Shown in pieces: positions 46,211 to 59,987 of a stretch of 64,000 nucleotides of DNA. The stretch is taken from contig OZ024742.1 in the NCBI GenBank assembly GCA_964016885.1, positions 82,088,001 through 82,152,000 of the forward strand, in the 5' to 3' direction. Source of the stretch: Eledone cirrhosa. Taxonomy: Eukaryota. The notes under the pieces are model-generated. The model was not told the origin of the DNA and did no database searches. It worked only from the letters and a program-made list of their open reading frames with translations. The stretch's first letter is position 1. Every line of letters begins with the position of its first letter. A program made the position numbers and the translations under genes.

Positions 46211-48230
46211 GTGCCCAATATTCATTTTAAACCAAAAGAAAACATGGCTACAAAAAATAATTTTCACAAGTCACTCCCACTTATTCCGTCTACTTCTTCC
46301 TCAATCGTCACTACATCAGAGAGAAGATTGTCTCTCTCCCTCCCTTCTCTAAATGTGTCTCTCTCCCTCCCGTCTCTTACGCCAGTAAAGAAAAAGAAAA
46401 ATATAGTTTCTGATAGTTACCTCGAGCACGTGCAAACCGAGGAACATTTCTCCACGACGACGACAACGACGAATAATGTGTGCGGTAAATACGGAAAGCC
46501 ATTTCATTCGCCTGACGTCAGGAATAATAGCAGTAGCAGCCGTAATAACAGCAGCAGCAGCAACAGTGACAAGGAAAACAATAGTAGCAGCCGCAACAGC
46601 ATCAGCAGCAGCATAAACAACACCAGCAGCAGCAGCAACAACAACAGCAGCAGCAGCAACAACAACAATAACCACAGCAACAGCGGTGGCGGCAGTCGTA
46701 GTACCAGCAGCAACAACAAAAGTAACAGCAGCTCTGACGACAACAACAGCAAAGAAAAACCAATCTCATTTGCAGGTATCGCAAAGAACGTGGAAACCAT
46801 CTTTATAACAAATGAGGAATTACAGGAAGCAAAGAAGATGGTGACGAAAACCGGACATCGAGCAATCTGCAAAGCAGCCGAAAAAATGTTCGAACCCCAA
46901 CAGCACTGTACGGTCACGTACCGTACAGTAAGCACAAAATCCCGTAGGGTTGAAAAAGCCACAGAGGCTCAAATACAAAAAGCCTTTAGTCTGTGTGGCA
47001 GCGGAAAACGCATTTCACTCGTAGACGTGCCTTTTGCCACACCCCAGGAGGCACAGGCTCAATTCTTAGTGACCCTAAGAAGCGAGGACATGGGGTTGGT
47101 GCCCTTCTACTGCGGGCAAAAATTTGTGAGGGTCAAACTAACCCCCCCCCCCTCTCCTGGGATGGCCCCTTCTTGGCTGGCCACGTCTGTCCTCGTCGGA
47201 ATCGAGGACAAAACAACTGTACTGCAAGTACAGAAAAAAGTAAGAGAAGATTGGGTCGGCACCTCCATTGAGACGTTAATCTAAACCAACCAGGAGTGAA
47301 TCGAAGCTATCCCGGATGTCATAGACTTCGATAACGGCACTCAACTGCCCATAAGTGTTGAGGGAAAACGCCCGAAATGCTTTCGCTGTGGATCGAAGAC
47401 TCACCTCAGGGCCTTCTGCAATGAGAAGACCCTGAGAAAGGAGAAAACCCCCCTCCTTCCGAAACCGGCTCCACTGCTACCAGCAACAGGCCAAGCGGCA
47501 ACCAGGAACGATAGGTCCGTGGCACCTATACCCACGTAAATCAAGAACAGCAGCAGCAGTGGAAGTATTAACAACATCAACAGTAATACCAACTGCAGCT
47601 GCAACAGAGACTCCATTGCAAACATCACCAACAACAACAAGTGAACGAGTGGAGCTGGTACCCCTCCCCGACCTCACAGTATCAGACAGGGTGTGTGAGG
47701 TAGGAGAGGGATGGCAAAAGGTCGCAAGAAGGCACAAACGCAGAAGCAGCGCATCGTCGCCTTCGAAAAGGGAGGAAAGAAATGAAAAAATGGTAAAGCC
47801 TACTGCAAAGAGACTTACAGCAGCAACACCACCAACATCATCACCTCCCACACTAGCACCATCACCACCGGCGACAACCCCACCGCCAACAACAACACCT
47901 TCAACACCACCACCACAAGCACAAACATCGCAAACACAACAACAAAACACACACACCCAGCAACAACGACAAGAAAATAGCAGAACCACACACCACCCCC
48001 AGAAAAACAAATGCACGGCAATAAATACACACAACAAGAGACCTAGGATGGACTCTCAACCGGAGAGTATATTCGGACATACTCATAGAAGAGCCGACGA
48101 CCAGCCGAAGGGACGATTCAACGGTCCCTTCACCAGACAATCACGTGAAAAGGGATGGAGAAACCATCCTTCCTCTACGAAAAGTAAGGTAAGTGGTCTT
48201 TCCCATCTTTTACACTCCATTTCAACATGA
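46211..48230 (+). pseudogene. Tx1 ORF1 (gag-like) with CCHC zinc knuckle
   Basis: CFRCGSKTHLRAFC at 47378-47419, Ser/Asn- and Pro/Thr-rich blocks, and internal stops near 47284, 47299 and 47539. Confidence 0.8.
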
Positions 48231-51200
48231 CCTCACTCAGAATAGGCAGCATAAATATGCGTGGCTTGGGGTCGTCATGGAAGCAGGGTCACCTGCTCAA
48301 CGATCTCAGGTCACTAAACATAGATGTAGTGACCATCAGCGAGACCAGAATCTCCTAAGCACTAGCCTTCTCAACGATCTTCGGCGGCTAAGATGTGTAC
48401 GCATCTCCCAGCCTTCCTGTATCGGGGGGAAGATTTGCTGTGCTTTTACGGAGAGGTTTGGATCTCGCCATACGAGCCATCTTCCTGGACCCAGAAGGTA
48501 AGTTGGTGGTGCTGGAAGTGACCAGCGGAGACGGGCAAGCTTTCACGCTTGTGGCCGTCTATGCCCCGACAGGAGCAGGGCGGGCTGATTTCTTCCGGCG
48601 TGTGGATAACTTTCTTGGAACGTCCCGCTCTTTAGTGTTAGTGGGCGATTGGAATGGGAGCTTAGATGCATGCTGGGACTGTGTGGGTTTAGCGGATAGG
48701 GGTGGAGTGTGCAAGAGCCTCACCAACCTGCTCATGTGTTTTGAACTGTCTGACAGGTACCGATTGGATTTCCCCAATGTGCCAATGTGGACTTGAACAA
48801 ACAAGTAGGGTCATCCAGTTCATATCTAGATAGAGTAGTTTGTAGGGAAATAGATAGGTCTAGCATAGGCTGTCCACTATTCAAGATAGTCAGCTACACG
48901 GACCACAAATTCATGATCTGTGTGCTTGACTTAGATAGGCTTCATAGACGAGGACCCGGCTACTGGAAGCTAAACGCGTCCTTACCATCGCGCAAGGCCT
49001 ACAGAGACCGGATTTCATACTAGTTAAGCGGGCGTTGTCGGGGGCCATCGTCAACAACAAATGGTGGTTTACTCTGAAAAGAGCAATTGGATCAGAGTCC
49101 ATTAGGTCTAGTGAGGCTTTAGCAAATTGAGAAAAATAGAGCAGAGGGAGAATTAGTTAGAGAATAGGACGAAGCGCTTAGCAAAGGCATCGTGACCGAC
49201 GTACTTGCGGCGAAATTGGCCCTTGACCAATTCTTCAATGCAAAGCACGAAGGCTGCGTTGTCAGAGCTAGGGTGCTCTGAGACACGAGGGGACGAAAGC
49301 CGTTCAATGGGCCCGAGTGACGGAGGCGCATCGTGGCAACAAAGCCACGATACGGACTTTGCTGGACCACGACGGGCGCATGCTACTCGATCACGGGCAA
49401 ATGTGTGAAGCTTTTAAGCGACACTTCGCACAGCTGTTCGCGGTCAGCGGCGGGCCGGATCGAGGGATGGACTTTAGTGTCTACATCGACGGACTGCCGC
49501 GGCTTTCGGCCACGGAGGCGGAGTGTTGCGAAAAAACCGATAACAGCCGCGGAAGTACGGGAGGCAATGACTGGCTGCAAAAGGGGTAAATCGCCTGGTT
49601 TGGATGGTCTGCCCTATGAACTTTACGTACAGATGCCAGACTTGTTCGGAGCCCTCTTGGCGTATGTCTACTGCAACTGGCAACAAAACGGGAGAATTTC
49701 CCGCTCTGTGAGCCGAGGAACTGTGGCGCTGCTGAGAAAGGATCCGAACAAAGGAGATAACACAGAAAATTTCAGGCCCATAATTCTGCTAAACACAGAG
49801 TTCAAGATTTTGGCCAAGGTGCTAGCAAAGAGGTTGGCGCTTGTCGTTGGTGTTCTGGTGAGAGAGGCGCCGACAGATCCGTCCACGACAACCTCCACCT
49901 CATGCGATAAATCTTAGAGAGGGTAGCTAGGGAACCTGGCACGGGTGGGTCCTTTATAAATTTAGATCAGTCGAAATCATTCGATAGGGTCGACCATCGT
50001 TACCTAGCGGCAGTCCTGAGGGCGGCTAGCTTTGGGCCAGTCTTCAGAAGCTGGATCGCTGTTATGCACAGCGACATCTGCTCTGTGGTGAGAGTGAACG
50101 GTCACCTTTCGGAACCGTTCAACATAAAGCGCTCGATCCGCCAAGGACGTCCCCTCTCGTCCCTCTTGTACGTATTGACTCTCGAGCCATTACTGCACAA
50201 ACTGGAGACGTTGAGGGGTGTCCCGCGCGAACTACGATGCGGAAGATCCGTGTCAGCGTATGCAGACGATGTCACCGTAGTGGTGTCGAACGCCAAACAC
50301 ATCGAGGCGATCGGCACTACACTAAGAGAATCGAAGCGGTGACAGGAGCAATGATCAACCCGGAAAAGTCAGTGGGCCTGCAGGTCCATGCCGTCCAACA
50401 GCGTCGTCGGGCGCTGGATGGACGGAACGGTTAAATTGCTAGGGGTCTTGTTCATTCCGGACCTCCAGACGGACAAAAACTGGGTCGAGGTGACGAACAG
50501 GGTGGCTTCTCTCACCCAGAAATGGGCCGAGAGGAAGCTATCGCTGAATGGTCGAGCGGAGGTGGCTAACGCGTACGTTGCGTCCGTCATCTACTACCCC
50601 TGACCGTCGTACCTTGTCCTAAGCCCCGCCTGACTGCGCTGGAGCGTTTGCTCTTTCGCTTTTTGTGGAAGGGACGCGCTCCGATGGTCAGGCGTTTCAT
50701 CTGCTGTCAATACCCGTTACGTGGATGGCTGGGCATGCCGTGGCTGATGATGCGCAGACACGCGCTCAGGCTACGACATCTCCACCTCTTCCTCGACGGT
50801 GATCAGGTGTGGTCGCCGTTTGCTAGACACGTCTTTCCCCAGCTCGTCTCCTTGACGGAGCTGCATTCCTGGGTCAAGCGAAGACTGAGAGGGAGCGCTT
50901 GGAGACTGGAATGTCTTCAGGCGATCACAGACCTCGACCAATCGGGCAATGTGATCGGTGGAAACTCCACCTTGGCGTTCTATAGGGGATTAGTGGAGGG
51001 GAAGAGCGCCACGTACTTGGAGAAACTCTAGGCGTCGACGAAAATCAACTAGCCAATCTCTTCGGAAGGACTTTCGGGCCGGGGCCTATGGATAAATTCC
51101 AGAAATCCCTGGCCTGGCAGTGCTACCGAGGAGCTTTGCCAGTTCGGGATAAATTCTACAGGCATGGAGATGCTGTCAGCCGGGCAAGTCCGAGATTCGC

Positions 51201-51591
51201 GCAGGGCAACGAAACCGTCCTGCACGCACTCGTCCAGTGTTCGAGCATTGCTGACTTGTGGGTTTATGTCGAACACCTGCTGTCACGTGTAGGACGGATC
51301 CAGCTATCAGTTGAATACGTGAGGATTGCCCCGCCTTTTTCGTTTAGCCGGGAAGGGCAGGCAGTTTTTATGGCCACGGCGAAAGAGATAGTATGGTGGA
51401 CACGTTTGAAAGGGCTGAAGACGAGCACTTACCTCTTCGGTGATGCCCTGATTAACTTTTTCAAATGTCATTTGAAAAGGAATATCAGGGTAGAAAGGGA
51501 AGTGCTCTCTTCCAAGCATTTTGTTGAAAGATGGGTAAGAGAAGCAAGTATGGCCCGAGTGAATGGGCCTACTCTGAGTATGTGTCTGTAA
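48227..51591 (+). pseudogene. Tx1 ORF2: APE endonuclease + reverse transcriptase + C-terminal zinc finger
   Basis: MTSLRIGSINMRGL..ISET, VYAP, GDWN, SYLDR, YTDH, GYWKLN, KSPGLDGLP, NFRPI.LLN, SIRQG.PLS, AYADDVT and ETVLHALVQC, with multiple frameshifts. Confidence 0.92.
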
Positions 51592-51837
51592 ATTAAAGGT
51601 GGAAAACTAGGAGAGGGCACATGCCCTGGTGGTCAGGATCACTGTGGTCTTTTAATGGGATTTCTCCACAAATGTCCCTCGGAAGTCTCCCCCCTATTGA
51701 GGAATTGTTCGTTGTTACTTTTTATTACATACTCTGTTTTTTTTTACACGCAGAAATGCCCATTTGTACAGTCCTGTATTGTCCTGTACTGTCCTTAATG
51801 TCTACTTTATGTAAACCTTTGTGGTTAATAAAGAAAG

Positions 51838-51838
<1 letters not shown>

Positions 51839-51895
<57 letters not shown>

Positions 51896-54800
51896 GTTCT
51901 TTGAGTCTGAGTCATTGATGTTAGTTAACTGGAAAGTTTGTTGAAATGAATATCAAGCCACTACCGGCAGCCTCAGATATTCAGGACGTATCGGAGTGTT
52001 CTTGCTGTTCCCAGCAAGCATGCCTTTTGAAGCGTTCCAAAAAGCGTGGCGGGGCAATTTTCTTTCACCATCCCTGGAAACTTTTTTGAGATAGTACCTA
52101 GTACGCCTATGACAATCAGGACCACTTTGACTTCATGGCAGTTCCAAATCCTTTTTACATCCCAATTTAAGTCCTGGTATCGGTTAATTTTCTCCCTCTC
52201 CTTCTCTTGCACTTACGTGTCGAATGGGCAGGCCACATCCACAATCCGGCACGATCTTTTTCCTTTGTCCAAAACTACCAGGTCAGGTCTATCGTGTTCC
52301 AGTTTCTTGTCCGTCTGTATCCTAAAATCCCACAGCAGCCTCACCTGATCGTTTTCTATCACAAACTCTGGCTTATGCCCATATCACTTCACAGAATGTG
52401 TTGAATTGTTTGCTTTGCATAGGTGCCAGTGGATCACCCTGCCCATCATATCATGTCTCCAGCCTTTAGAGTGAGTCTGAGCTAGGTGTTGACACTCGGA
52501 TACAATGTGAGCCACAATCTCCTCTCTATCTACACAGATCCTGCACATTGGGCTAACCTCCTCCTTGTAAATATGATGTTTCAACCACTTCGTTTTGAGG
52601 GCTGTTCTTGCGCAGCCAATAGCATTCCTTCTGTAGCCTTTTTAAGGTCTCCTCCTTTCAACCAATTACATGTGTGCGGATCTCTGAATTCAGTTTTCTC
52701 AAAGAAGGTACTATGAAGGGATTTTCCCTTAAGGCTGCTCTTCCTCCTTGATGTTATTTCCTCCTTGGAATCCCCTGGCCTACTGTCCCCTCCTTCAGTA
52801 CAGTTCTGAGCATTGGCTCCTTACTATAGGTCACGTATTTGTATAGGTTGTTTTTCTCCATCTGAACACAGTCCTATATGCTGATAAGACCTCTTCCACC
52901 TTCAGATCTCCTAAGGTAGAGTCTATCGACATCACTCCTCTTGTGGAACATGTTGTAGATAGTCAATAGCTTCCTAGTCTTCCTATCCATTTCTTTTTGT
53001 TCAGCAACATTCCATCTCAGAATTCCCGCACTGTACCTAATAATAGACACAGCTCGGGAATTTACCGCGCTTATGGCATTTCTGCTGTTCAGATGTGACT
53101 TCAATACGCTCCTTACTCTCCGAATGTATTCAGTTCTTAACAATTCCTTCATTTTTTTGTTCTTTATGCCATCAGCCTCCAGAACGCCCAAATACTTGTA
53201 TCCTTCCTCAGAGTCAATTTCCTTTATCATCTCACCTGTTGGTATCTGGATCCCGTTACTTCTGCTCAACCTACCCCTCTTCATCACAATGACTCCACAT
53301 TTACCAATACCAAACTGCATACATATATCACTGCTGAAAATACGGACAGTGTCAACAAGCACATCCAACTCCTTCTCACTTTTCCCGAAGAGCTTAAGAT
53401 CGTCCATGAAGAGGAGGTGATTGATGGTAAGCTCTCCCCTTCCCAACTTGTATCCTGCTCTCACTTTTCGCAGCATAATGGTCAAGGGCATCAGGGCAAG
53501 GACAAACATCAGAGGGGACAGGCTATCTCCCTGGAAGATACCTCTCTTGATCTTCACGCCTCCCAATGTTTCTCCAGCTGATGTTAACTCTGTTTTCCAG
53601 GACTTCATACTTTTGCCCAACAACTGTCTGATGTTATCTGCCAACTTGAATATCTCTAGGCTGTTGGTGATCCTAGAATGAGGCATCATGTCAATGCCTT
53701 TTTGTAGTCTATCCATCCCATGGCAAGACCAGTGTGTCTCTTCTTACAATTCCTCATTACCATCTTATCAATAAGTAACTAGTCCTTTGTACCACGGGAC
53801 TTCTTTCGGCATCCTTTCTGTTCGTCAGGTAACAAGTTGTTTGTGTGGAGGTGATGGTAGATTTCCTCAGACACAATGCTTGTCAACAGTTTCCACATTA
53901 CGGACAGACATGTGATAGGTCTATAGTTGGTAACATCATTACTCTTGATTCGATGTTTCATTACCAGAACTGTGGTACTTTTTGTCAACCACTCTGGTAC
54001 CTCACCTGACATCAAGCAGTCATTGAACATGGTTGTCAGTTTCGAGTGGAGGGATGCTATATTTTTAATCCAATACCCATGCACACCATCTGGGCCTGGT
54101 GATTTCCAGTTGGTTAGTTTTTTGGCCTGCCCCTTAAGAGTTTCAACTGTGATACTCAAATCAGTTTGTTGGTGTGCCTGTTCACTAATCTCCTTTTGTA
54201 CTTTCTCAATCCACACTGCCTGGTCATTATGTTTAACATCCTGCTCCCATATTCCTCTCTAGAATGTCTTAGTTTTTTCCGTCTCAGGGATCAAGTCGTT
54301 GCCTCTTTCTTTCCCTTCAAGCTGTCCAAACAACATCTTCTGTTTGTTGCCAAACATGCGGTTCTGTCTATACTGACTGACTCTGCTCTCCTATCGCCTA
54401 ATTTTTGCACTCTTTGCTACGATGCGTTGTTTCAGTTCCTCTATGATAATATTTCGTTTTTCCTCCTAGTTTTGTACTTTTTTTCCAGTCTATTTTTAGT
54501 GTCTATGTTTTTTAGTGTCCCATTCAGTAGGGACTCAAGCTTTCCAATGTCATTTCTCATTTCCCTGATTTTACCATTCAATCGTTTCTTCCACCAATGT
54601 TCTGATCTTTCTTGTTTGTTGTTTCCTCTCGCTTTTATGCCTAGTAATTTTCTCACCGCATTTGATGTTGCTTTGAGGATAGTGTTGCACTGGTGAAGGC
54701 TCCTCGCTTCAAGGTATGGGATGAATTTGTTTACCTTAGCTGTTGTTTCTTTTAACTTTTTCCTGTCTACACATCTTAGGTTCATATGTTTCCCACTATC

Positions 54801-55105
54801 ATTGTTCAATTCATCTACCACTAAATTTAGTATATCAACCAAATGTTGTCCTAGCCCGTCAGCATTCATCTCCTCATTGGCCGTATCTTTGTCCCAGGTA
54901 TTACTTATTTCAGCATTCAGATCATTGTCTGCTTCGGATGGTTCCTCCGTTCTCTCAACCTCTTTACCTTCATTTCCCACTGGCTCGTTTGCCTGGCATA
55001 CTCCACTCTCCATTTCCAACCTAATATCTCTGCTCAGTTCTCCAGTTCCAACTCGTTTATCCACCCATTAGTTCTTATTACCCGAGGCTGCCCGGCCAAT
55101 TTTTC
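51839..55105 (-). mobile_element. R4/Dong-clade LINE, second copy of the family at 1-3443, 5'-truncated
   Basis: Collinear homology with 343-3420 (e.g. RGIFQGDSLSPL, HLLFMDDLKLF, CRIC..HIVSEC, ARTLRYVLNI*) and a (TAA)n tail at 51839-51894. Confidence 0.95.
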
Positions 55106-55339
55106 TGCCTTCCTCTGCCGACATTTTATAGTTACAGCCCCTCCTGATTACACAGAGCCAACTATTCTTCATTGTACTCTGTCAGACTTTTCTTGGCAAG
55201 TAGATATTCTAATAAATTCACTGGAAATCATCTCATCGATGGAATTAGACTGAAAAAGTCGAAATTGTCTGAAATGACTCTATTTCCCACCTCTCTAAAG
55301 AATTGTTTATACTTTAGGCATAAATCCAGAAATCTGAAG

Positions 55340-55510
55340 GGAAAGGGAAAGTCGATTAAATTAACCCTTTCGCTAACTGGCATTTTATTTTATCGAGTTG
55401 GTAAGGATGAAGGGGAGGTAACCTCGGCGTGATTTGAACTCAGAATATTGTGTGCCGCAACTCTATGCTACGAAGCTTGGTGCACGATACTATACCGATA
55501 CTGCCAATCT
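55340..55510 (-). mobile_element. tRNA-derived SINE remnant
   Basis: Reverse strand: ttggcagtatcggtatag head, ttctgagttcaaatcacgccgaggt..ttcatcctt..tcgataaaataaaatgccag. Confidence 0.7.
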
Positions 55511-56311
55511 AAAAAGGAAATAGGAATTGAAATAAACATTTCGTTCTGTAACGAATACATTAGATGTAATGCTAACAATCTCTGTAATAAATACTTTAAC
55601 ATTATCGACACCCACTGGGGGTGGCATATTAACATCACATATAGTGTATATCCATTTATATAGGTAAATACGCGTTATACACTAAATTTCTCAAATCCCA
55701 ACCTTTCTCTATTTTAGTATATGTGAGCTCGTTACTTCAACACATTATGACAACCTTTTATCTTTCTAATATTAAGCGACAACATGTTTCCTAAATTCAC
55801 ATGTTTCCTAAATTCCTAAATTCACATTCCATTTCAATTTTCTAGGAAGATGAGAAGAGGTCAAAATGAAATGACTGTGTACACGTAGATGACATACAAC
55901 CAATCTCTTTGATATGCTAATTAATTTGCACTATCGCTTTGTAGAATGTTTAAAATCGTAACATTTTCCACAATTTTTATAATTTGCCATGATTAATAAT
56001 GTCTAATGAATATTTGATTACCCCTATAACTAAATTAATACATAACATCCGACTTCATAATAACAGTTGCCGTCAATGTATCGACGACTTCAATTTTATT
56101 ATGATTAAATTACGATTCCACAACCTCCAGATAAATATTGTCTTTCTTTAACATTTCATAATTTTATTATTATTTTTATCTGATATTGAATTATTTACTG
56201 TTCGGAAATAATATCACGGAAATATAGAATACATTAATTATTGCATCTATAATTACATATTTTATTATGTACATACACACACATAAACATTCACCAGCAC
56301 AACCACACAGG

Positions 56312-56380
<69 letters not shown>

Positions 56381-56685
56381 CAAAATGAAAATCCAAAGGC
56401 AAGGTAAAATACCCAAGCCTACACGGAGCCCCTTGCTGGCCTACATTGCGGTTGCTTGCACGCCGCACGGATTTGGTGACTCGGATTCTCAATGGGACAG
56501 CGGCACATACTGAGTTCGATATGAGCTGATTGCTTGCTCTTCACATGGATGTGTATATACCCAGACATACCCTTTTTTGGACGATTCGAATGTGTATATA
56601 CAATAACATACACTTGAAGATATGGATGTTACAATTCAATCTATGCACGTATACCAGAACACTGAACTGAACTTACATGCTTGTG

Positions 56686-56718
<33 letters not shown>

Positions 56719-57045
56719 ATGGGGCGTTGGTTAACCCAACATTTCGAATTTACATCGTCACATTGAGATTTGACCAATGTAGCATCTGTTGTGTTGTGAA
56801 CTAATTTTCGGTGAATGCTTTGTTGGTACATTCCTATATTTGTTTTCTTATATTTGTTTTTTTCTCAGATATCGCTTCGGTGTGTGTGAGAGTGTGTGTG
56901 TACCCACCCACACTAACTGTGAATTTCTGTAATTCTACAGGTTTGATACTGTGTTGATGTGCGTATATATATGTATATAATTTTTTCTGTGACCTCGAGC
57001 CGGTGTATGTTGGTATGGAGTGTGTGTGTACCCATTCATACTTGG

Positions 57046-59837
57046 GTTTAGGCAATCGCTATTGCGTAATCTCTTTAGAATATTTATTCATTCATCAATA
57101 CACAATCCACACGACGGCTTGCCCCTTGCGTATGGCTTTGACTTAGTGATGGCTTTCCATTGAATGGAGTAGTCTATACCCGAGTCCTTGAGGGACCAAA
57201 CGTGGCTCGCGAGTTTCGTGGATGAACGTCTGTCCTGCTACCTAAAGGTCGACTGGTGTTTCAGGAAGCGTTCCTTAAATTTCCCCCCCCCCTCCCGACA
57301 TACCCACATATGACATGTCCTCCTGTGGTTAATTTGGTCGGTTGGAAGTGACCACAGCTTCATAAACTACAGCGGGTGTGTTGCATTGCTGTTGAAGGGG
57401 ACAAGCTTTGGTTTTACGACAAGAGCACCCTGGTGAGGTGTTGCTCTTAGGGCTGTTGGTGATGTGGGCCTTCAAGTTCTTAACGCAGGAGTATCCTAAT
57501 TTTACTTTGTGTCGGTTAAAGATGGAGCAGTATTTATGACCTATGGGAACGTGTCTATCTAAGACGGCTACAATTTGTTTTCCTACACTGGTTTTAACGT
57601 TGAGTGAGAAGGGAGGAGAGAACCAGATCGTTTGTCTATTGTTACGTTTTGTTTTCTCATTACTGTTGTTGTTAGTTGGAGAGCCGCTGTTAGCTAACGC
57701 CGTGTTATAGTAGGTTGCCGCTCTGTCAAAGATAGCCTTAAGAGGAGAGGTTTGACATTCTAGTACTGATATTATTTACGAAGTTTCTAAAAACTGTCGG
57801 AGGGTGGCATGAGTCCTTGTGAATGTAATTGAGATTTTCGTTAAGCTTATGGCAGGCTCTGTAGGTGTGAGTGCGTGAGAAGGTCTAAATTAATGTCTAA
57901 TAAATGTACGCTAGAGAAGTGGGTAGCTACTGATATCCTAAGTCCTAACTCATTGAAGGTAGAAGCTAAGTCTTTTTTAAACCGGGTGACATCGTGACCA
58001 CTTTTAAGGCTCGATAGGTTCAGTCCATCGTCGCGGTATATTCCCGTGTGGAAGTCCGAGAATCTGGCACGTAATATGTCTAAAATAAATAGGCCAACCA
58101 GGTCGGATACGTCAGCACTGTCTAACGATCCCATGGAGACGTCGAACAGGTCTGAAGTTGTTGACTTCTTTTCCGAGGCTACTCCGTTATTGAAGAGGGT
58201 TTCCGGCAGTGAGCGATGATTTCCCCCGCTAAACCATTGACGGTAGTGTAACTGGTAGCAAAGTCCAACGCTTTGTTTAACAGGGTCTCTGAGATCGACG
58301 GGTAAAAATAACAAATGTCAAACTGTGTGAACTTCACTTTTTTTGGATTTGAAGGAGTTAAACCACTTAATTACGGAGTCGATGTTCTCCCACTGGGACA
58401 GGTTGGACTTGGTCTTAATGGTCTTAAATATGTTTCTAAGTATGGCCTTACTGACTAGTCCCATATCTGTATGTGCCGGGTTTAGTAGTCTACACGTGGG
58501 GTTAGAAGTAAAGTCTACCTTGTGATCTTTCAGGGTGAGGAACGCCTCCCTCTTAGCTAGAGATTGTAGCTTCTTAAGAGCGGCGGCAAGTTCTTTGGCT
58601 TCTGTATTAATGTCGTGGTAAGCTATAGGGTTAGTTTCTTATATTTGGAAGTAATAGCGTTATGGTCCAAGTGGATGTAAGTGATGTTGTAGACATCGTA
58701 AATATCATTAATTTTGTCGGAAAGAACGAAAGTGTTATTAGAAGACCTACATTTCTTAATATCATTTAGTTTAGTTTGAAAGGTGTTAGGGTGTTTGCGA
58801 AAGGAATTGTTGGCGACTACATCAAAAAGGTCCACCACGAAAGGATCAAGTTCAGATACCTTAGGAGGGTATGATCTCGATTTCAGGTTGAAGGTGTTAC
58901 TGGTGCCTGTAATTTTGCCGTCAAAAGCTAGTGATGCCACCTTAAGCGTCTGACGACATCATCCGCTTTTTGTAGGAGAAGCTTTTGGTAAACATGGTTG
59001 GAGGGAGTGGGAATGTTCTTCAGGAAGTAATGCAGTTCGTATAAATTCATACTGAGATTGATAAGACAAAAAATTGTGTAGGAGACGAGGATATAGAGAG
59101 CGTTCAGAGGATAGGAAGCCAAACTCGCAAGTGGTGAAGAATCTGCTAAAAGCCAAACTACTACGTAGTGAAAAGAATCTGGTGACCGTTGCTGGAGACG
59201 TATATAGTGGTAGAAGGCTGGAAGGTAATATCCGTAGTGGTAGAACACTATTATTGCTTTTGTGTTAGACCCTGACAGACGTTCATCCACGAAACTCGCG
59301 AGCCACGTATAGTATCTCAAGGACTCAAGTATAGACAAACTCCATTCAATTGAAAGCCATCACTAAGACCAAGTCATACGCAAGGTGTATTCCGCCATGT
59401 GGACTATGTATTGATGAACGAATAAATATTCTAAAGAGATTACGCATTAGCGATTGCCTAAACTCAGAAAATGATTTTTTCACACGTTGTCCACACGTCT
59501 GGAAACACCTCTTACATAACTATAAAGCTCCGGATTGAATTACAACAACACCCTAATTTTCTTATCAACTAGAATCTTTCGGAATTTCGCAGTGATCTCG
59601 CCTACACCTCTCGCACGCAATTTAGTATTGCCTGAGTGAAGTGACCGTTTCTGCGCATGCGCGTTCGTACTGTGTCCTTCCTGTTCCGTATAACCATGTC
59701 CATTACGAGGTGAGGATCCGCGAAGCTGAAACAAATGTCCTCGGTATGGTGAACTAACTGTTGTGTAACCACGTATACCTAACTCGTCCCATTATTGAGT
59801 GCTCTACAACTATGGATATTACATTCCAGCGTTCTAC

Positions 59838-59840
<3 letters not shown>
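57046..59840 (-). mobile_element. Penelope-like element (Naiad-like), full ORF remnant with inverted 5' pLTR segment
   Basis: ATG at 59050, LKNIPTPS..RRLRW, FLTLKDHK, FDVSMGSLDSADVSDLVGLFIL, GIYRDDGL, WFSPPFS, CSCR..CPL..C, VVY..YVG, CGLCIDE. 57046-57235 is inverted at 59274-59462, followed by a + strand pLTR to 59840. Confidence 0.92.
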
Positions 59841-59900
<60 letters not shown>

Positions 59901-59987
59901 AAAGCTCTATTTAAATTGTTGGGATACAAGAAGCAAATATTTTTTATAACTTTTATAAAGCACTCAACAAATATTTGGAGTAAAAGT

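Larger units (their letters stand above)
46029..51838 (+). mobile_element. Tx1-clade (L1 group) non-LTR retrotransposon, apparently full length, decayed
   Basis: Two-ORF layout, AATAAA at 51827, and (TTA)n on both sides. Confidence 0.92.

Noticed and set aside
46349-48140. Leu/Cys/Val-rich minus-strand ORFs
   Set aside because: Antisense shadows of the (CAG/CAA)-rich Tx1 ORF1.
56370-57045. Possible further pLTR with very decayed hammerhead (~56440-56495, minus)
   Set aside because: Requires four or more core substitutions; unsupported without a consensus.
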